Positions 35,909 through 45,952 of a stretch of DNA of 64,000 nucleotides are shown here, in pieces. The position numbers and the translations under genes are program-made. This DNA comes from Hyphomicrobiales bacterium. Lineage in GTDB: Bacteria; Pseudomonadota; Alphaproteobacteria; SPJN01. Each line of letters starts with the position of its first letter. Position 1 is the stretch's first letter. Location of the stretch: contig SPJN01000013.1 in NCBI GenBank assembly GCA_006844605.1, positions 760-64,759 on the forward strand, read 5' to 3'. A model generated the notes under the pieces. It did not search any database. It was not told the origin of the DNA and worked only from the letters and a program-made list of their open reading frames with translations.

Positions 35909-36543
35909 GCCCAACCCCCTTTCCAGACCTGTCCCTGTCAGTTGACGGGCTTTGCGTGACGCGCGGCACCCGCACAGTGCTGCGTGATCTGGGTTTTGCC
36001 TTTATTGGTGGGCAGGCGGTCAGCCTGACCGGGCCAAACGGGGTGGGGAAATCAACGCTGTTGCTGACACTTGCCGGCTTGTTGAGTGCTGAAGATGGCG
36101 CGATAACGCTGCAGATTGGTGGTCAGCCTGTCGAACTGGCGGAACAGTGCTTTTTATATGGTCATCGGTTGGGGTTAAAACCACTATTGACCGTGGGGGA
36201 AAATTTGCAGTTCTGGCGCGATTTCGCCGGGAATGGGCGTAGCGCGACTGTGGAACAGGCGCTGGACGCTGTGGCGTTGACAGTGTTGCAGGATCATTCG
36301 GCGTCAATCCTTAGCCAAGGGCAGCAAAAACGGTTGAGCTTTGCCCGCGCTTTGGTGGCCCCGCGCCCTATTTGGTTGCTGGATGAACCCTTGGCCAGCC
36401 TTGATGGGGACAGTCAGGAACGGATCACACACTTGATCGATGATCATCGCGGACGGGGCGGCCTTGCCCTTGTGGCAACGCACCAGCCTTTGCCGCTTGC
36501 TGGCGGGGTAGACTTGATATTGAAGCGGGGGGGGCACAGCTGA
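35905..36543 (+). CDS. ccmA: heme exporter ATP-binding protein CcmA
   Basis: Walker A 'GPNGVGKST', ABC signature 'LSQGQQKRLSFARAL', Walker B 'LLDEP'. First gene of the ccm operon. Confidence 0.9.
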   Translation: MSPTPFPDLSLSVDGLCVTRGTRTVLRDLGFAFIGGQAVSLTGPNGVGKSTLLLTLAGLLSAEDGAITLQIGGQPVELAEQCFLYGHRLGLKPLLTVGENLQFWRDFAGNGRSATVEQALDAVALTVLQDHSASILSQGQQKRLSFARALVAPRPIWLLDEPLASLDGDSQERITHLIDDHRGRGGLALVATHQPLPLAGGVDLILKRGGHS

Positions 36544-37214
36544 TGGCGCGTCCCTTGACCAGTTTGATCAAACGCGATGTCCGCCTTGCGGTTCGTCAGG
36601 GCGGCAGCGTTGTGCAATCGGTGCTGTTTTTCCTGATGATCGGGATGATTGTCCCGTTTGGGGTGGGGGCAGATGCCGACAAGTTGGCTGACATTGCCCC
36701 CGGGATCATCATGGTGGCGGCGCTTTTGGCGCTGTTGTTGACGCTGGATCGGCTGTTTCAGGCCGATTTTGAAGATGGCAGCATTGACGGGCTGATCACA
36801 TTGGGGCCGTTGCTGGAGCTGACGGTGCTGGCCAAGGGGGTGGCGCACTGGTTGGGCACCGGGTTGCCGCTGGTATTGGCTGCGCCTGTCATGGCGTTGC
36901 TGCTGAATTTGCCGCTGGACGCCTATCCGGTGATGGTTTTGACCATCATTCTTGCCACAATCGGGCTAAGTTTCATTGGCATGATCGGGGCGGCCCTGAC
37001 GGTGGGGATCAGACGTGGGGGGCTGCTCTTGTCATTGCTGGTGATCCCGCTATACGTACCTATAATTATTTTCGGGTCTGCGGCCATTGCGGTGGCGGGC
37101 ACCGGGTCGCCGGACCTGCCGGCATCATTGGGGTTACTGGCGCTGATCGCGCTGGGCAGCCTTGTTCTTTCGCCCTTTGCCGCCGCTGCGGCGCTTCGCC
37201 TGAATGCAGCTTGA
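36543..37214 (+). CDS. ccmB: heme exporter membrane protein CcmB
   Basis: 223 aa, six-TM protein. TGATG overlap with ccmA. Confidence 0.85.
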   Translation: MARPLTSLIKRDVRLAVRQGGSVVQSVLFFLMIGMIVPFGVGADADKLADIAPGIIMVAALLALLLTLDRLFQADFEDGSIDGLITLGPLLELTVLAKGVAHWLGTGLPLVLAAPVMALLLNLPLDAYPVMVLTIILATIGLSFIGMIGAALTVGIRRGGLLLSLLVIPLYVPIIIFGSAAIAVAGTGSPDLPASLGLLALIALGSLVLSPFAAAAALRLNAA

Positions 37215-37962
37215 TGAACGGATCGACCGACTGACCATGCAGCGTTACGCCAATCCAAAAGCCTTTATCGCCATTGCCGACCGGGTTATTCCCTGGTTGA
37301 AAGTCCTGACCGGGCTGGCCTTTGTCGGCGGCCTTTATCTTGCGCTGTTTCAGGCCCCGGCGGATTATCAGCAAAGCGAAACCGTGCGCATCATGTTTGT
37401 GCATGTGCCTACCGCCACCATGTCGATGATGGTGTTCGCGATTATGACAACGTCGTCCATCGTGGCGCTGATCTGGGGCCACCGGGTTGCTGATCTGTTT
37501 GCCCGGGCCAGCGCGCCCATCGGCGCGGCCTTCACCTTTATCGCCTTGTTCTCAGGCTCGTTCTGGGGGCGGCCCATGTGGGGCACATGGTGGGAATGGG
37601 GTGATGCCAGACTGGTGTCTGAACTGATCCTGCTGTTCATCTATTTCGGCTATATGGGCATTTGGCAAACCATTGACGATCCGATTAAGGCGGCGAAGGC
37701 AGCACGGATCACCGCCATTGTCGGTGCGGTCAATCTGCCGATCATCAAATTTTCCGTCGATTGGTGGAACACGTTGCACCAGCCTGCATCCTTGGTGCGG
37801 ATGGATGGCCCTGCCATTCATGAAAGCCTGTTATGGCCGCTATTTGCCATGTGGGCAGCGTTTGGCCTGTTCTATGTGACGATGGCGCTGATCGGCACCA
37901 AAATTGAAATTCTGCGCTTCCAGTCCCGCGCCCGGGCCATGCGCCAGACCGAAGGGGTGTAA
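37204..37962 (+). CDS. ccmC: heme exporter protein CcmC
   Basis: WWD domain 'DWWNTLHQPAS'. 252 aa. Confidence 0.9.
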   Translation: MQLDERIDRLTMQRYANPKAFIAIADRVIPWLKVLTGLAFVGGLYLALFQAPADYQQSETVRIMFVHVPTATMSMMVFAIMTTSSIVALIWGHRVADLFARASAPIGAAFTFIALFSGSFWGRPMWGTWWEWGDARLVSELILLFIYFGYMGIWQTIDDPIKAAKAARITAIVGAVNLPIIKFSVDWWNTLHQPASLVRMDGPAIHESLLWPLFAMWAAFGLFYVTMALIGTKIEILRFQSRARAMRQTEGV

Positions 37963-37965
37963 CAG

Positions 37966-38127
37966 ATGGAAAACCTGTCCACATTTTTGGCGATGGATGG
38001 TTACGGCACCTTTATCTGGCCGGTCTATGGGGTGGCGCTGACATTATGCGGCGTGATCTGGATCGCCCGTTCCTATACATTGCGGTCATTAGAGCGCGCC
38101 CAAAAGGATGAGGATCAAGCAACATGA
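37966..38127 (+). CDS. ccmD: heme exporter protein CcmD (53 aa)
   Basis: Not in the ORF track. MENLSTFLAMDGYGTFIWPVYGVALTLCGVIWIARSYTLRSLERAQKDEDQAT: single TM helix. Its stop overlaps the ccmE start (ATGA). Confidence 0.7.
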   Translation: MENLSTFLAMDGYGTFIWPVYGVALTLCGVIWIARSYTLRSLERAQKDEDQAT

Positions 38128-38630
38128 CCCGTAAACAACAACGCACATGGTTCTTGGTTGGCGGTGTCGGCGTGTTGGCATTGGCCACTGTTTTGATTTT
38201 AGGCGCCCTTGGCGATTCCCTTGTCTATTTCTATTCCCCGACCGAGTTGACGGAAAAGGCAATCGACCCCGGCGCGCAAATTCGCGTTGGCGGTTTGGTC
38301 GAAGAAGGCAGCGTTGAAAAGGGCGAGGGGCTGGATGTCAGCTTTGTCGTTACGGATCTGAATGAAAGCGTAACGGTCAATTATAATGGCCTGTTGCCTG
38401 ATCTATTCCGTGAAGGTCAAGGCGTCGTGGCCGAAGGCAGTTTTCTGACCGACGGGCAGTTCCATGCCACCAAGGTGCTGGCAAAGCATGACGAAAAATA
38501 TATGCCGAAGGAAGTTGCCGATGCCCTGAAAGAACAGGGCAAGTGGAAGGCTGACGAGACATTGATAGATGACAGCGTCAAAAAATACGGGATAGATGAT
38601 AGCGGCACAAATAAAGGGTATGGCGAATGA
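38124..38630 (+). CDS. ccmE: cytochrome c-type biogenesis heme chaperone CcmE
   Basis: 168 aa. N-terminal TM helix and OB-fold. 'FHATKVLAKHDEKYMPKEV' C-terminal heme-binding region. Confidence 0.9.
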   Translation: MTRKQQRTWFLVGGVGVLALATVLILGALGDSLVYFYSPTELTEKAIDPGAQIRVGGLVEEGSVEKGEGLDVSFVVTDLNESVTVNYNGLLPDLFREGQGVVAEGSFLTDGQFHATKVLAKHDEKYMPKEVADALKEQGKWKADETLIDDSVKKYGIDDSGTNKGYGE

Positions 38631-40597
38631 CCGAATTGCTGCCAGAAATTGGCACTGTCTTTTTATGTCTGGCCCTGATTACGGCTATCTTGTCGGGGTT
38701 GGTGCCACAATGGGGCGCGCTGCGCGGCGATGCACGGTTGATGCGCTTTGCCGATTCTGGTGCCATTGTGCAGGGCATCATGATTGCCGGGGCGTTCGGG
38801 GTGCTAACCCATGCCTTTGTGGTCAGTGATTTTTCGGTTGAAACGGTTGCCAACAATTCCCACACGTTAAAACCCATGCTGTATAAAATCAGCGGAGTAT
38901 GGGGCAATCATGAAGGCAGTCTGGTACTGTGGGTCATGATCCTGACCCTGTTCGGCGCTGCGGTCGCCCTGTTTGGGCAAAGCCTGCCGTTAAGCCTGCG
39001 GGCACGTGTGTTGTCGGTTCAGTCGCTGGTAGCTGTTGGGTTTTTAAGTTTCACTATTTTCACCTCCAACCCGTTTGCGCGGCTTGACCCAGCCCCGATT
39101 GAAGGGCTGGGGTTGAACCCGCTTTTGCAGGACCCCGGCTTGGCCTTTCACCCGCCCTTTCTTTATTTGGGGTATGTCGGCTTTTCCATCGCCTTTTCAT
39201 TCGCAATCGGTGCCTTGCTTGAGGGGAAGGTCGATGCAGCATGGGCCCGCTGGGTGAAGCCGTGGACATTGGCTGCGTGGATTTTCCTGACCATCGGGAT
39301 CGCCCTTGGGTCTTGGTGGGCCTATTACGAACTTGGTTGGGGCGGTTTCTGGTTTTGGGATCCGGTTGAAAATGCCAGCCTGCTACCGTGGCTGATGGGT
39401 ACGGCCTTGCTGCATTCTGTGATCGTGGTCGAACGGCGCGACAGCCTGAAACGATGGACCATCCTGTTGGCGATTGGCACATTTTCATTGTCATTGCTGG
39501 GGACATTCCTTGTCCGGTCCGGCGTGTTGACGTCGGTTCATGCCTTTGCAACAGACCCAGAACGGGGTGTCTTTATCTTGGGGTTCTTGGTGGCTGTCGT
39601 TGGTGGCTCCCTCACCCTATATGCGTTACGGGCAGGCAAACTTGACCCGGTGGGGCTGTTTGCCCCCATCAGCCGTGAAGGTGCCTTGTTGATCAATAAC
39701 TGGTTCTTGGTTTCCGCGGCCGGCACGGTCTTGCTTGGCACGTTGTATCCGCTGTTCCTTGATGCCCTGACGGGTGAGAAGATCACCGTTGGGCCGCCCT
39801 TTTTTAATGCAACCGTATTGCCGATCATGGTGCCGCTGGCCCTTGCGATGGCCGTCGGGCCGTGGCTGCGCTGGCGGTCTGATCAGTTGACGGGCATGGG
39901 CGGCAGGCTGGGGCTTATTTTCGGCATTGCGGCCCTTGCCGTCTTTGCCACTGTGATCCTGACCACCGATGCGCCGTGGTGGGGCCTTGCGGGTGTGGGG
40001 CTTGGCGTCTGGTTGATTGCGGGCACCGGTCTTGACTGGTTGCGCCGGACCGGGCTGTTGCGCGGCGGGTTTGCCAAACTGCCCCGTTCTGTCCACGGCA
40101 TGACCTTGGCCCATATCGGCTTTGGCTTGGTTATTTTGGGTGTGGTCGGCAATACCGGCTGGACCCAGGAAGAACAGGGCCTGATGAAGGTTGGCGATAA
40201 AGTTACCCTTGGCCAGTATGAGTTCGCCCTTGAAGGAGTGGCGGTTGTGCCGGGGCCGAATTATCGCGCCCAGCAGGGCACATTGATGGTCAGCAAGCTT
40301 GATAGCGGCGGCGATGCGGTATGGACAGCGCCCTTCCGCCCCGAAATGCGCCATTACCGTGATCCCGTTCAAACCACGACAGAGGCGGCGATCAAAACCA
40401 GTGTCTTGCGCGATTTGTTTGCCGTGGTGGGGGAAGGCAATCACCAGCAGGGCTTTGCCGTGCGGGTATATGTCAAGCCACTGGTGCCATGGATTTGGAC
40501 CGGTGCCGGGCTGATGGCGCTGGGGGGGTTATTGTCCCTGTCGCGTAGCTTTGCGCGCCGGCCCCGTCAGGTCACCACAAAAGAGGCCACAGTATGA
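38627..40597 (+). CDS. ccmF: cytochrome c-type biogenesis heme lyase CcmF
   Basis: 656 aa polytopic protein. WWD-type region 'GWGGFWFWDPVENASLLPWL'. Confidence 0.9.
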   Translation: MTELLPEIGTVFLCLALITAILSGLVPQWGALRGDARLMRFADSGAIVQGIMIAGAFGVLTHAFVVSDFSVETVANNSHTLKPMLYKISGVWGNHEGSLVLWVMILTLFGAAVALFGQSLPLSLRARVLSVQSLVAVGFLSFTIFTSNPFARLDPAPIEGLGLNPLLQDPGLAFHPPFLYLGYVGFSIAFSFAIGALLEGKVDAAWARWVKPWTLAAWIFLTIGIALGSWWAYYELGWGGFWFWDPVENASLLPWLMGTALLHSVIVVERRDSLKRWTILLAIGTFSLSLLGTFLVRSGVLTSVHAFATDPERGVFILGFLVAVVGGSLTLYALRAGKLDPVGLFAPISREGALLINNWFLVSAAGTVLLGTLYPLFLDALTGEKITVGPPFFNATVLPIMVPLALAMAVGPWLRWRSDQLTGMGGRLGLIFGIAALAVFATVILTTDAPWWGLAGVGLGVWLIAGTGLDWLRRTGLLRGGFAKLPRSVHGMTLAHIGFGLVILGVVGNTGWTQEEQGLMKVGDKVTLGQYEFALEGVAVVPGPNYRAQQGTLMVSKLDSGGDAVWTAPFRPEMRHYRDPVQTTTEAAIKTSVLRDLFAVVGEGNHQQGFAVRVYVKPLVPWIWTGAGLMALGGLLSLSRSFARRPRQVTTKEATV

Positions 40598-41160
40598 GTG
40601 AGCAAAATTCTGTATGGCGCGCCCGGCTAACCCGGTTTGTGCCCTTGGCGGTTTTTGCGTTGCTGGCAAGCGCGCTTTATGTGGGGTTAAGCCTTAATCC
40701 AAAGGAAATCCCCTCGGCCCTGATTGACAAACCTGTGCCGCAGTTTGACCTGCCGGCTTTGGTCGGGCGTGATGCTGACAGTGGGTTAAGCACCGCTGAT
40801 TTGCACACGGGTGACCTTGCCATCGTGAATGTTTGGGCCAGCTGGTGCGTGCCCTGCCGGGTTGAACATCCCTTGTTGAAACGTCTGGCGGCCCAAAGCG
40901 GTGTGCCGGTCCACGGGCTGAACTATAAGGACCGGCCTGACAATGCCCGCGCTTTTTTGGATGAACTTGGCGACCCGTTTGTACGGGTCGGCGTTGATGC
41001 ATCGGGCCGTGCAGGGATTGACTGGGGCGTTTATGGCGTGCCCGAAACCTTCATCATTTCTGGCGAAGGGACGATCCTGCATAAACATATCGGCCCGCTG
41101 ACTGATCAGGCGATTGATAGCATTCTGTTACCGTTTTTGGCTGAGGCACAGGGTAAATGA
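40594..41160 (+). CDS. ccmG: thiol:disulfide interchange protein CcmG/DsbE
   Basis: 'WASWCVPC' thioredoxin motif. N-terminal TM helix. Confidence 0.9.
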   Translation: MSEQNSVWRARLTRFVPLAVFALLASALYVGLSLNPKEIPSALIDKPVPQFDLPALVGRDADSGLSTADLHTGDLAIVNVWASWCVPCRVEHPLLKRLAAQSGVPVHGLNYKDRPDNARAFLDELGDPFVRVGVDASGRAGIDWGVYGVPETFIISGEGTILHKHIGPLTDQAIDSILLPFLAEAQGK

Positions 41161-41642
41161 CCAGCTTGCGCATGATGATTGTAGGGGCTTTTATGGGGCT
41201 GTTATTGCTGCCCACGCTTGCCCTTGCCGTGGCGGTTGATGAAAACCCGCTGGCCGACCCCGCGCTTGAACAACAGGTGCAGGACATATCCAAAACACTG
41301 CGCTGCCTTGTCTGCCAAAATCAATCCATTGAAGATTCCAATTCTGATTTGGCCAAGGATTTGCGCAATGTCGTGCGTGAACGTGTTGCGGCGGGGGACA
41401 ATGGTGATCAGGTCCGCGCCTATATGGTGGATCGTTATGGCGAATGGGTATTGATGAGCCCGCCTGTCTCGCAGCGCACCTATGTTTTGTGGCTGGGGCC
41501 GCTGGCGCTGGTGCTGGTGGGTTTGTTTGCCATCATAGTGATGATGCGCCGCCGCGCTGCTGACGGCACACAGATTGATATTGCCTTGTCTGACGAGGAC
41601 AAGGCCCGCGCCAAGGCGCTGCTTAAAGGGAACGATGAATGA
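41157..41642 (+). CDS. ccmH: cytochrome c-type biogenesis protein CcmH
   Basis: 'LRCLVCQNQSIEDSNSDLA' (LRCxxC motif). 161 aa. Confidence 0.85.
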   Translation: MTSLRMMIVGAFMGLLLLPTLALAVAVDENPLADPALEQQVQDISKTLRCLVCQNQSIEDSNSDLAKDLRNVVRERVAAGDNGDQVRAYMVDRYGEWVLMSPPVSQRTYVLWLGPLALVLVGLFAIIVMMRRRAADGTQIDIALSDEDKARAKALLKGNDE

Positions 41643-43048
41643 TTTGGTTCGGCTTTCTGGCTGCCGCAATTTTTGTATTGGCGGTTTTGTTGTGGCCGCT
41701 GTTTCGTGCCAATGACAGCGCGGCCGCCGATGCGTTAAGCGTTTATCGCGATGCGATGGCTGCGGCCCAATCGGATGAAGAACGCGCCGAGATCGAGGCC
41801 CGCGTGCTGGCCGCCACTGCCGCAGACAAGGCAGGCGACGACCGCCCCTTGTCCAAGCTGGGCGTTGGTCTGGTTGCGGCCTTCGTCGCCTTTGTGATGC
41901 TTGGTGGCGGGTTCACCCTTTATGCCATGATCGGCGTGCCGCAACTTGACGGACGGCCCATTGCGTCGGTGCCGCGTCCCACGGCCCCTGCGGGGGAATC
42001 CATTGCGGGTGAAGATGCTGGGGCGTTGTCGGAACTTGCCGGACAATTATTTGATAAATTGCGCGAACAGGGCAGTGATGCCCCCGCTGAAGGGTGGATG
42101 TTGTTGGCGCGGACCTATTTGCAATTGGGCCGCCATGCTGATGCCGCTGATGCGTTTGAGCAGGCAGCCGCGCGCGCAGCCGGTGACCCTGAACCCCTTA
42201 TGGGTGCGGGGGAGGCGTTGGTCTTTGCCGCCGGCGGGACAGTGACTGACCGGGCACGGGGCCTGTTTGCGGATGCAGCCTTGCTTGATCCCAAGCACCC
42301 CGGCAGCCGTTATTACCTTGCGCTTTACGCCTATCAACAAGGTCGGATGAGCGCCGCGTATGACGCGTTTGTGGCGCTTTATAACGACACCGCCGATGAT
42401 GCGCCGTGGATGGGGCAGCTTGTGGCACGCCTTGATGAAGTTGCGACCGCATCGGGCAAACCGCTGCCGGAAAAACTTGTGCAGCGTGTTGCCGAAGCCC
42501 GCCAAATGGCACGTGCCAATGCCCCTGTTGCATCACCACCCTCTGCTGCGGGCAATGCCCCCGGCCCCTCGCGTGAGGATATGGAGGCAGCACAGGGCAT
42601 GTCACCCGATGACCGGATGGGCATGATCCAAGGCATGGTGGCAGGGCTTGCCGAACGGCTGGCGGATGAACCGGATGATCTTGATGGCTGGACCCGTTTG
42701 GCCCGTGCCTACAAGGTGTTGGGCGATATTGAAGGCTATGTTGAGGCGACGAAGAATGTCTCCCGTCTGCAGCCCAATGACAGTGCCGCCGCCACTGCCT
42801 ATGGCGAGGCGTTGATCAATTTAACCGGCAATGACCGGGTGCCCGATCAGGCGATGGCGGCGTTCAATCGTGCGGTGTTGCTTGACCCCAATAATTTGCA
42901 GGCGCTTTATTATCGTGGCTTGGGCCATGCCTCGCGCGGGGAAAAGCCCGCCGCCCGCAGTGATTTGCAGGCCGTGTTAAATGCCCTGCCGCCGCAAGCG
43001 CCTGTTCGTGAAGGGGTTGAAGCGGCCCTGAAAGATTTGCAAGACTAG
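41639..43048 (+). CDS. ccmI: cytochrome c-type biogenesis protein CcmI/CycH (TPR repeats)
   Basis: 469 aa. N-terminal TM helices and C-terminal TPR-like repeats. Last gene of the operon. Confidence 0.75.
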   Translation: MIWFGFLAAAIFVLAVLLWPLFRANDSAAADALSVYRDAMAAAQSDEERAEIEARVLAATAADKAGDDRPLSKLGVGLVAAFVAFVMLGGGFTLYAMIGVPQLDGRPIASVPRPTAPAGESIAGEDAGALSELAGQLFDKLREQGSDAPAEGWMLLARTYLQLGRHADAADAFEQAAARAAGDPEPLMGAGEALVFAAGGTVTDRARGLFADAALLDPKHPGSRYYLALYAYQQGRMSAAYDAFVALYNDTADDAPWMGQLVARLDEVATASGKPLPEKLVQRVAEARQMARANAPVASPPSAAGNAPGPSREDMEAAQGMSPDDRMGMIQGMVAGLAERLADEPDDLDGWTRLARAYKVLGDIEGYVEATKNVSRLQPNDSAAATAYGEALINLTGNDRVPDQAMAAFNRAVLLDPNNLQALYYRGLGHASRGEKPAARSDLQAVLNALPPQAPVREGVEAALKDLQD

Positions 43049-43052
43049 CATC

Positions 43053-43661
43053 ATGGCAAATGACGATAACGCAAAACCGAAGCATGAGCATAAGCCGGGT
43101 ATCACCAACCCGATGCTGTATGATGGCTCATTCTCAAAATCTGTCCCCCAAGGTGATAATCGTGAGCGGCTGATCTGTAATGATTGCGGCTTCGTCAATT
43201 ATCAAAACCCGAAAATCGTGGCGGGCGTTGTTTGTGTGCATGACGACAAGGTGCTGTTGTGCAAACGCTCGATTGAACCACGCTTGGGTTACTGGACCTT
43301 GCCCGCAGGCTTTATGGAAGAAGGCGAAAGCGCCGAACATGGCGCATTGCGTGAGGCCCGCGAAGAAGCGAATGCAGAGCTTGAGGTAGAGCAGCTATTG
43401 GCGGTCTATTCCATCCCCCGGATCAGTCAGGTACAGCTGATGTACAAGGCGCGGTTCAAGGGCGCGCCGGAGTTTTCTGCTGGCGAAGAAAGCCTTGAGG
43501 TGCGCCTGTTCGATTGGGACGACATCCCGTGGGACGAGCTTGCGTTTCCATCGGCCCTATGGGCGCTGGAACAATATCGCACCGTGTGGGGGCAAAAAGA
43601 ATTCGCCCCCTTCACCAACCCGGAAGGTGATTGGGGAAACTTCTTTAAAAAGCGCGATTAG
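43053..43661 (+). CDS. NUDIX hydrolase with N-terminal zinc-ribbon
   Basis: 'CNDCGFVNYQNP' zinc ribbon. Nudix box 'GFMEEGESAEHGALREAREEANAEL'. Confidence 0.75.
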   Translation: MANDDNAKPKHEHKPGITNPMLYDGSFSKSVPQGDNRERLICNDCGFVNYQNPKIVAGVVCVHDDKVLLCKRSIEPRLGYWTLPAGFMEEGESAEHGALREAREEANAELEVEQLLAVYSIPRISQVQLMYKARFKGAPEFSAGEESLEVRLFDWDDIPWDELAFPSALWALEQYRTVWGQKEFAPFTNPEGDWGNFFKKRD

Positions 43662-43674
43662 GGTGTCCGACTGA

Positions 43675-44457
43675 TCAGAAGTTACTGAGCAGAGTGAACT
43701 CGACCTGACTGTCATTGGCGTTGATGATCTGCGCCCGCATATTGCCGAAGGCGATGACATTTGTTGCGGACAGATCATATTGATACTGCGCCTCTGACAC
43801 CACATGGTGCGGGTAGTCATCATATTCACGATAGGTGAAATAGAAGATGTTGTCGTCACGTTTGACGTAGCGAAATTCTTTCACCAGAGAGCGAGAGCCG
43901 TTGTTTGACTCGTTGATAATTGAAATATTCTGAAAGTCTTTTTTCAACTCGTTAAAGTGATGCCCTAGTGGTGCGCCGTACTGGGAATAGACGGGCATAA
44001 CGCTGTAATAAATATTGCTGTCAACACAAACTCTAGAATTTGGGATGCTTCCTGTGCATGACAAAAATGATTCCGTGCCGTCAGGTTCTGTCATCTTGGT
44101 TGGCACCGGGCCAAAGCATGGAAGTTCTTTGCTGCCTACTGTGATGCCAAGCGGCATGGTGACATTATCGGTTTGATAGTAACGCCCAGGAGCAACTGTT
44201 GATGAGCATTTTCCTAGTAGTATAGGTCGACCCTCACCTTGGGCTCTGCCAAAAGTTGTCATTTGCCTAATATCAAGAACACGGCTACTGCTTTTATGAC
44301 CATACGCGATCATCGTTTCGCCTGCGATTGCAGTCGTCACTTGCTGCGTTTCTGGAAAGCTAATGGTCTCAACGGTGGCAGGTTTTGTTTGAAAAGCCGG
44401 GCCTGTCGAGCAGCCCGCCAAAGCCAAAAGCGCTAAGGCGCTGAGAATTGTCCGCAT
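43675..44457 (-). CDS. hypothetical lipoprotein (low-GC gene)
   Basis: Trimmed to the ATG at 44457 (MRTILSALALLALAGCS…; lipobox LAGC). About 45 % GC against ~60 % in the flanks. No recognisable domain. Confidence 0.5.
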   Translation of the reverse strand: MRTILSALALLALAGCSTGPAFQTKPATVETISFPETQQVTTAIAGETMIAYGHKSSSRVLDIRQMTTFGRAQGEGRPILLGKCSSTVAPGRYYQTDNVTMPLGITVGSKELPCFGPVPTKMTEPDGTESFLSCTGSIPNSRVCVDSNIYYSVMPVYSQYGAPLGHHFNELKKDFQNISIINESNNGSRSLVKEFRYVKRDDNIFYFTYREYDDYPHHVVSEAQYQYDLSATNVIAFGNMRAQIINANDSQVEFTLLSNF

Positions 44458-44562
44458 AGTCTTCCCCCAAAAAGACGGTTGTGAGTTCATTCCCTTGTGG
44501 GTTGTTTTTGCGGCAAGGTCAAGGGGAGGGCAAAGGAGGGGCAAGTGCGGGCAAGGGCGGGA

Positions 44563-45378
44563 TTAGGCCCGCTCATATATCTTGTTCATACGCGTGTCGA
44601 TCTTGACTTGATAGCCTGCCTTTTCCATCAACCCGCCAAGGTCACGGTCCCACCGGTCGGGGGCCCATTCCATGATGATATAGCGCGGTAACAAGTCATG
44701 CGGGGCGGTTTCAAAAAACGGCGCAAGGGCGATGTCTTCAGCCCCCTCGATATCGATTTTCAGTGCATCAATGCGCGGCCATTTTTGGTCTTTGATAACA
44801 TCCAGCAAGGGCCGCATGGGCACCTGTTCGGTCCCGACCTGATCGGCTGACTTGCCGCTGGCGCCCTTGTTCTTGCCGTCAATCGCCAGTTCAAGCGTGC
44901 CGTCCTGATCGGACACAGCCATTTTCAGCGGCGTGATCTGCGCTTCGAATTGGTTCAGCGTGATATTATCCATCAGCCGGTCATACACCGCCTGTTGCGG
45001 TTCAAACGCCAGCACTTTTGCCCTATTGGATTTTGATGCCACCCACAGGGAATAAAGCCCAACATTTGCACCGATATCGACAAAGTAAAAATCGCCTTTG
45101 TTGGCCCGTGCCTGTTCGGCTAAAAAGCGGCGTTCTTCCTTGTCGAACAGATCAGGCGTGAACATCACGCGTTTTTCGCACAGATTATCAAAGGGGTAGA
45201 GCCTGAGTTTCAGCCCGATCACCACCGTATCAACCGGTGCGGTCAGCCGGTTCAACCCGCGCCGCCGCAAAAAAAACGCCATCCGTTTGCCTGCCCAGTT
45301 GGTGGGAAAACTGCGCACGCGGGCCATCAGTCGTTTCACAGCTTCGTCGGGGGCGTAGGTGCCGAATGGTTCAATCAT
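44563..45378 (-). CDS. FkbM-family SAM-dependent methyltransferase
   Basis: 'VDIGANVGLYSLW' and 'VLAFEPQ' FkbM motifs. Confidence 0.7.
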   Translation of the reverse strand: MIEPFGTYAPDEAVKRLMARVRSFPTNWAGKRMAFFLRRRGLNRLTAPVDTVVIGLKLRLYPFDNLCEKRVMFTPDLFDKEERRFLAEQARANKGDFYFVDIGANVGLYSLWVASKSNRAKVLAFEPQQAVYDRLMDNITLNQFEAQITPLKMAVSDQDGTLELAIDGKNKGASGKSADQVGTEQVPMRPLLDVIKDQKWPRIDALKIDIEGAEDIALAPFFETAPHDLLPRYIIMEWAPDRWDRDLGGLMEKAGYQVKIDTRMNKIYERA

Positions 45379-45943
45379 CTGTATCTGCTTTGATTGCGTG
45401 TTTGGTCAATAGGGGGGCCTGAAAGGCGGCAAAAACAAAGGTCAACGGCAGGACGCCAAAGACTTTGAAGCTGACCCACACATCGGTGGGTTGGGTCCGC
45501 CAGACCGCTTCGTTCAACACGGCGGCAAAAAGGAAAAACCCGATCCATCGCAGGGTCAGGATATGCCAGCCCTGATCAGTCAGGTCGAACACGCCGCCCA
45601 TCAACTTGCCCAGAAAATTCCGCCCGGTATATAGCCCGATGGCCAAGGCGATGGACATCATCACATAGACGATGGACGGCTTCATCTTGATAAAAATATC
45701 ATTGTCAAAAACCAGCGTCAGCCCGCCAAAGATCATCAGCAAAATGCCGGACACCAGCGGCATCATGGGGATGTGCCGGGCATAGACCCACGAAATCGCA
45801 ATCGCAATGGTGGTCGTGACCATGATGGCCCCGGTGGCGGGCATCAGCCCCCAGATATAATTGGCGACAAAGAACACCAGCAGGGGCGCGAAATCAATCG
45901 CCTGCTTCTGGCCGTTTGTTAATGTGCGTGTATGTTCAGTCAT
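45371..45943 (-). CDS. yciB: inner-membrane intracellular septation protein A family (YciB/IspA)
   Basis: 190 aa, five-TM protein with YciB-like N-terminus 'AIDFAPLLVFFVANYIWG'. Confidence 0.7.
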   Translation of the reverse strand: MTEHTRTLTNGQKQAIDFAPLLVFFVANYIWGLMPATGAIMVTTTIAIAISWVYARHIPMMPLVSGILLMIFGGLTLVFDNDIFIKMKPSIVYVMMSIALAIGLYTGRNFLGKLMGGVFDLTDQGWHILTLRWIGFFLFAAVLNEAVWRTQPTDVWVSFKVFGVLPLTFVFAAFQAPLLTKHAIKADTDD

Positions 45944-45952
45944 AAAACGGGT

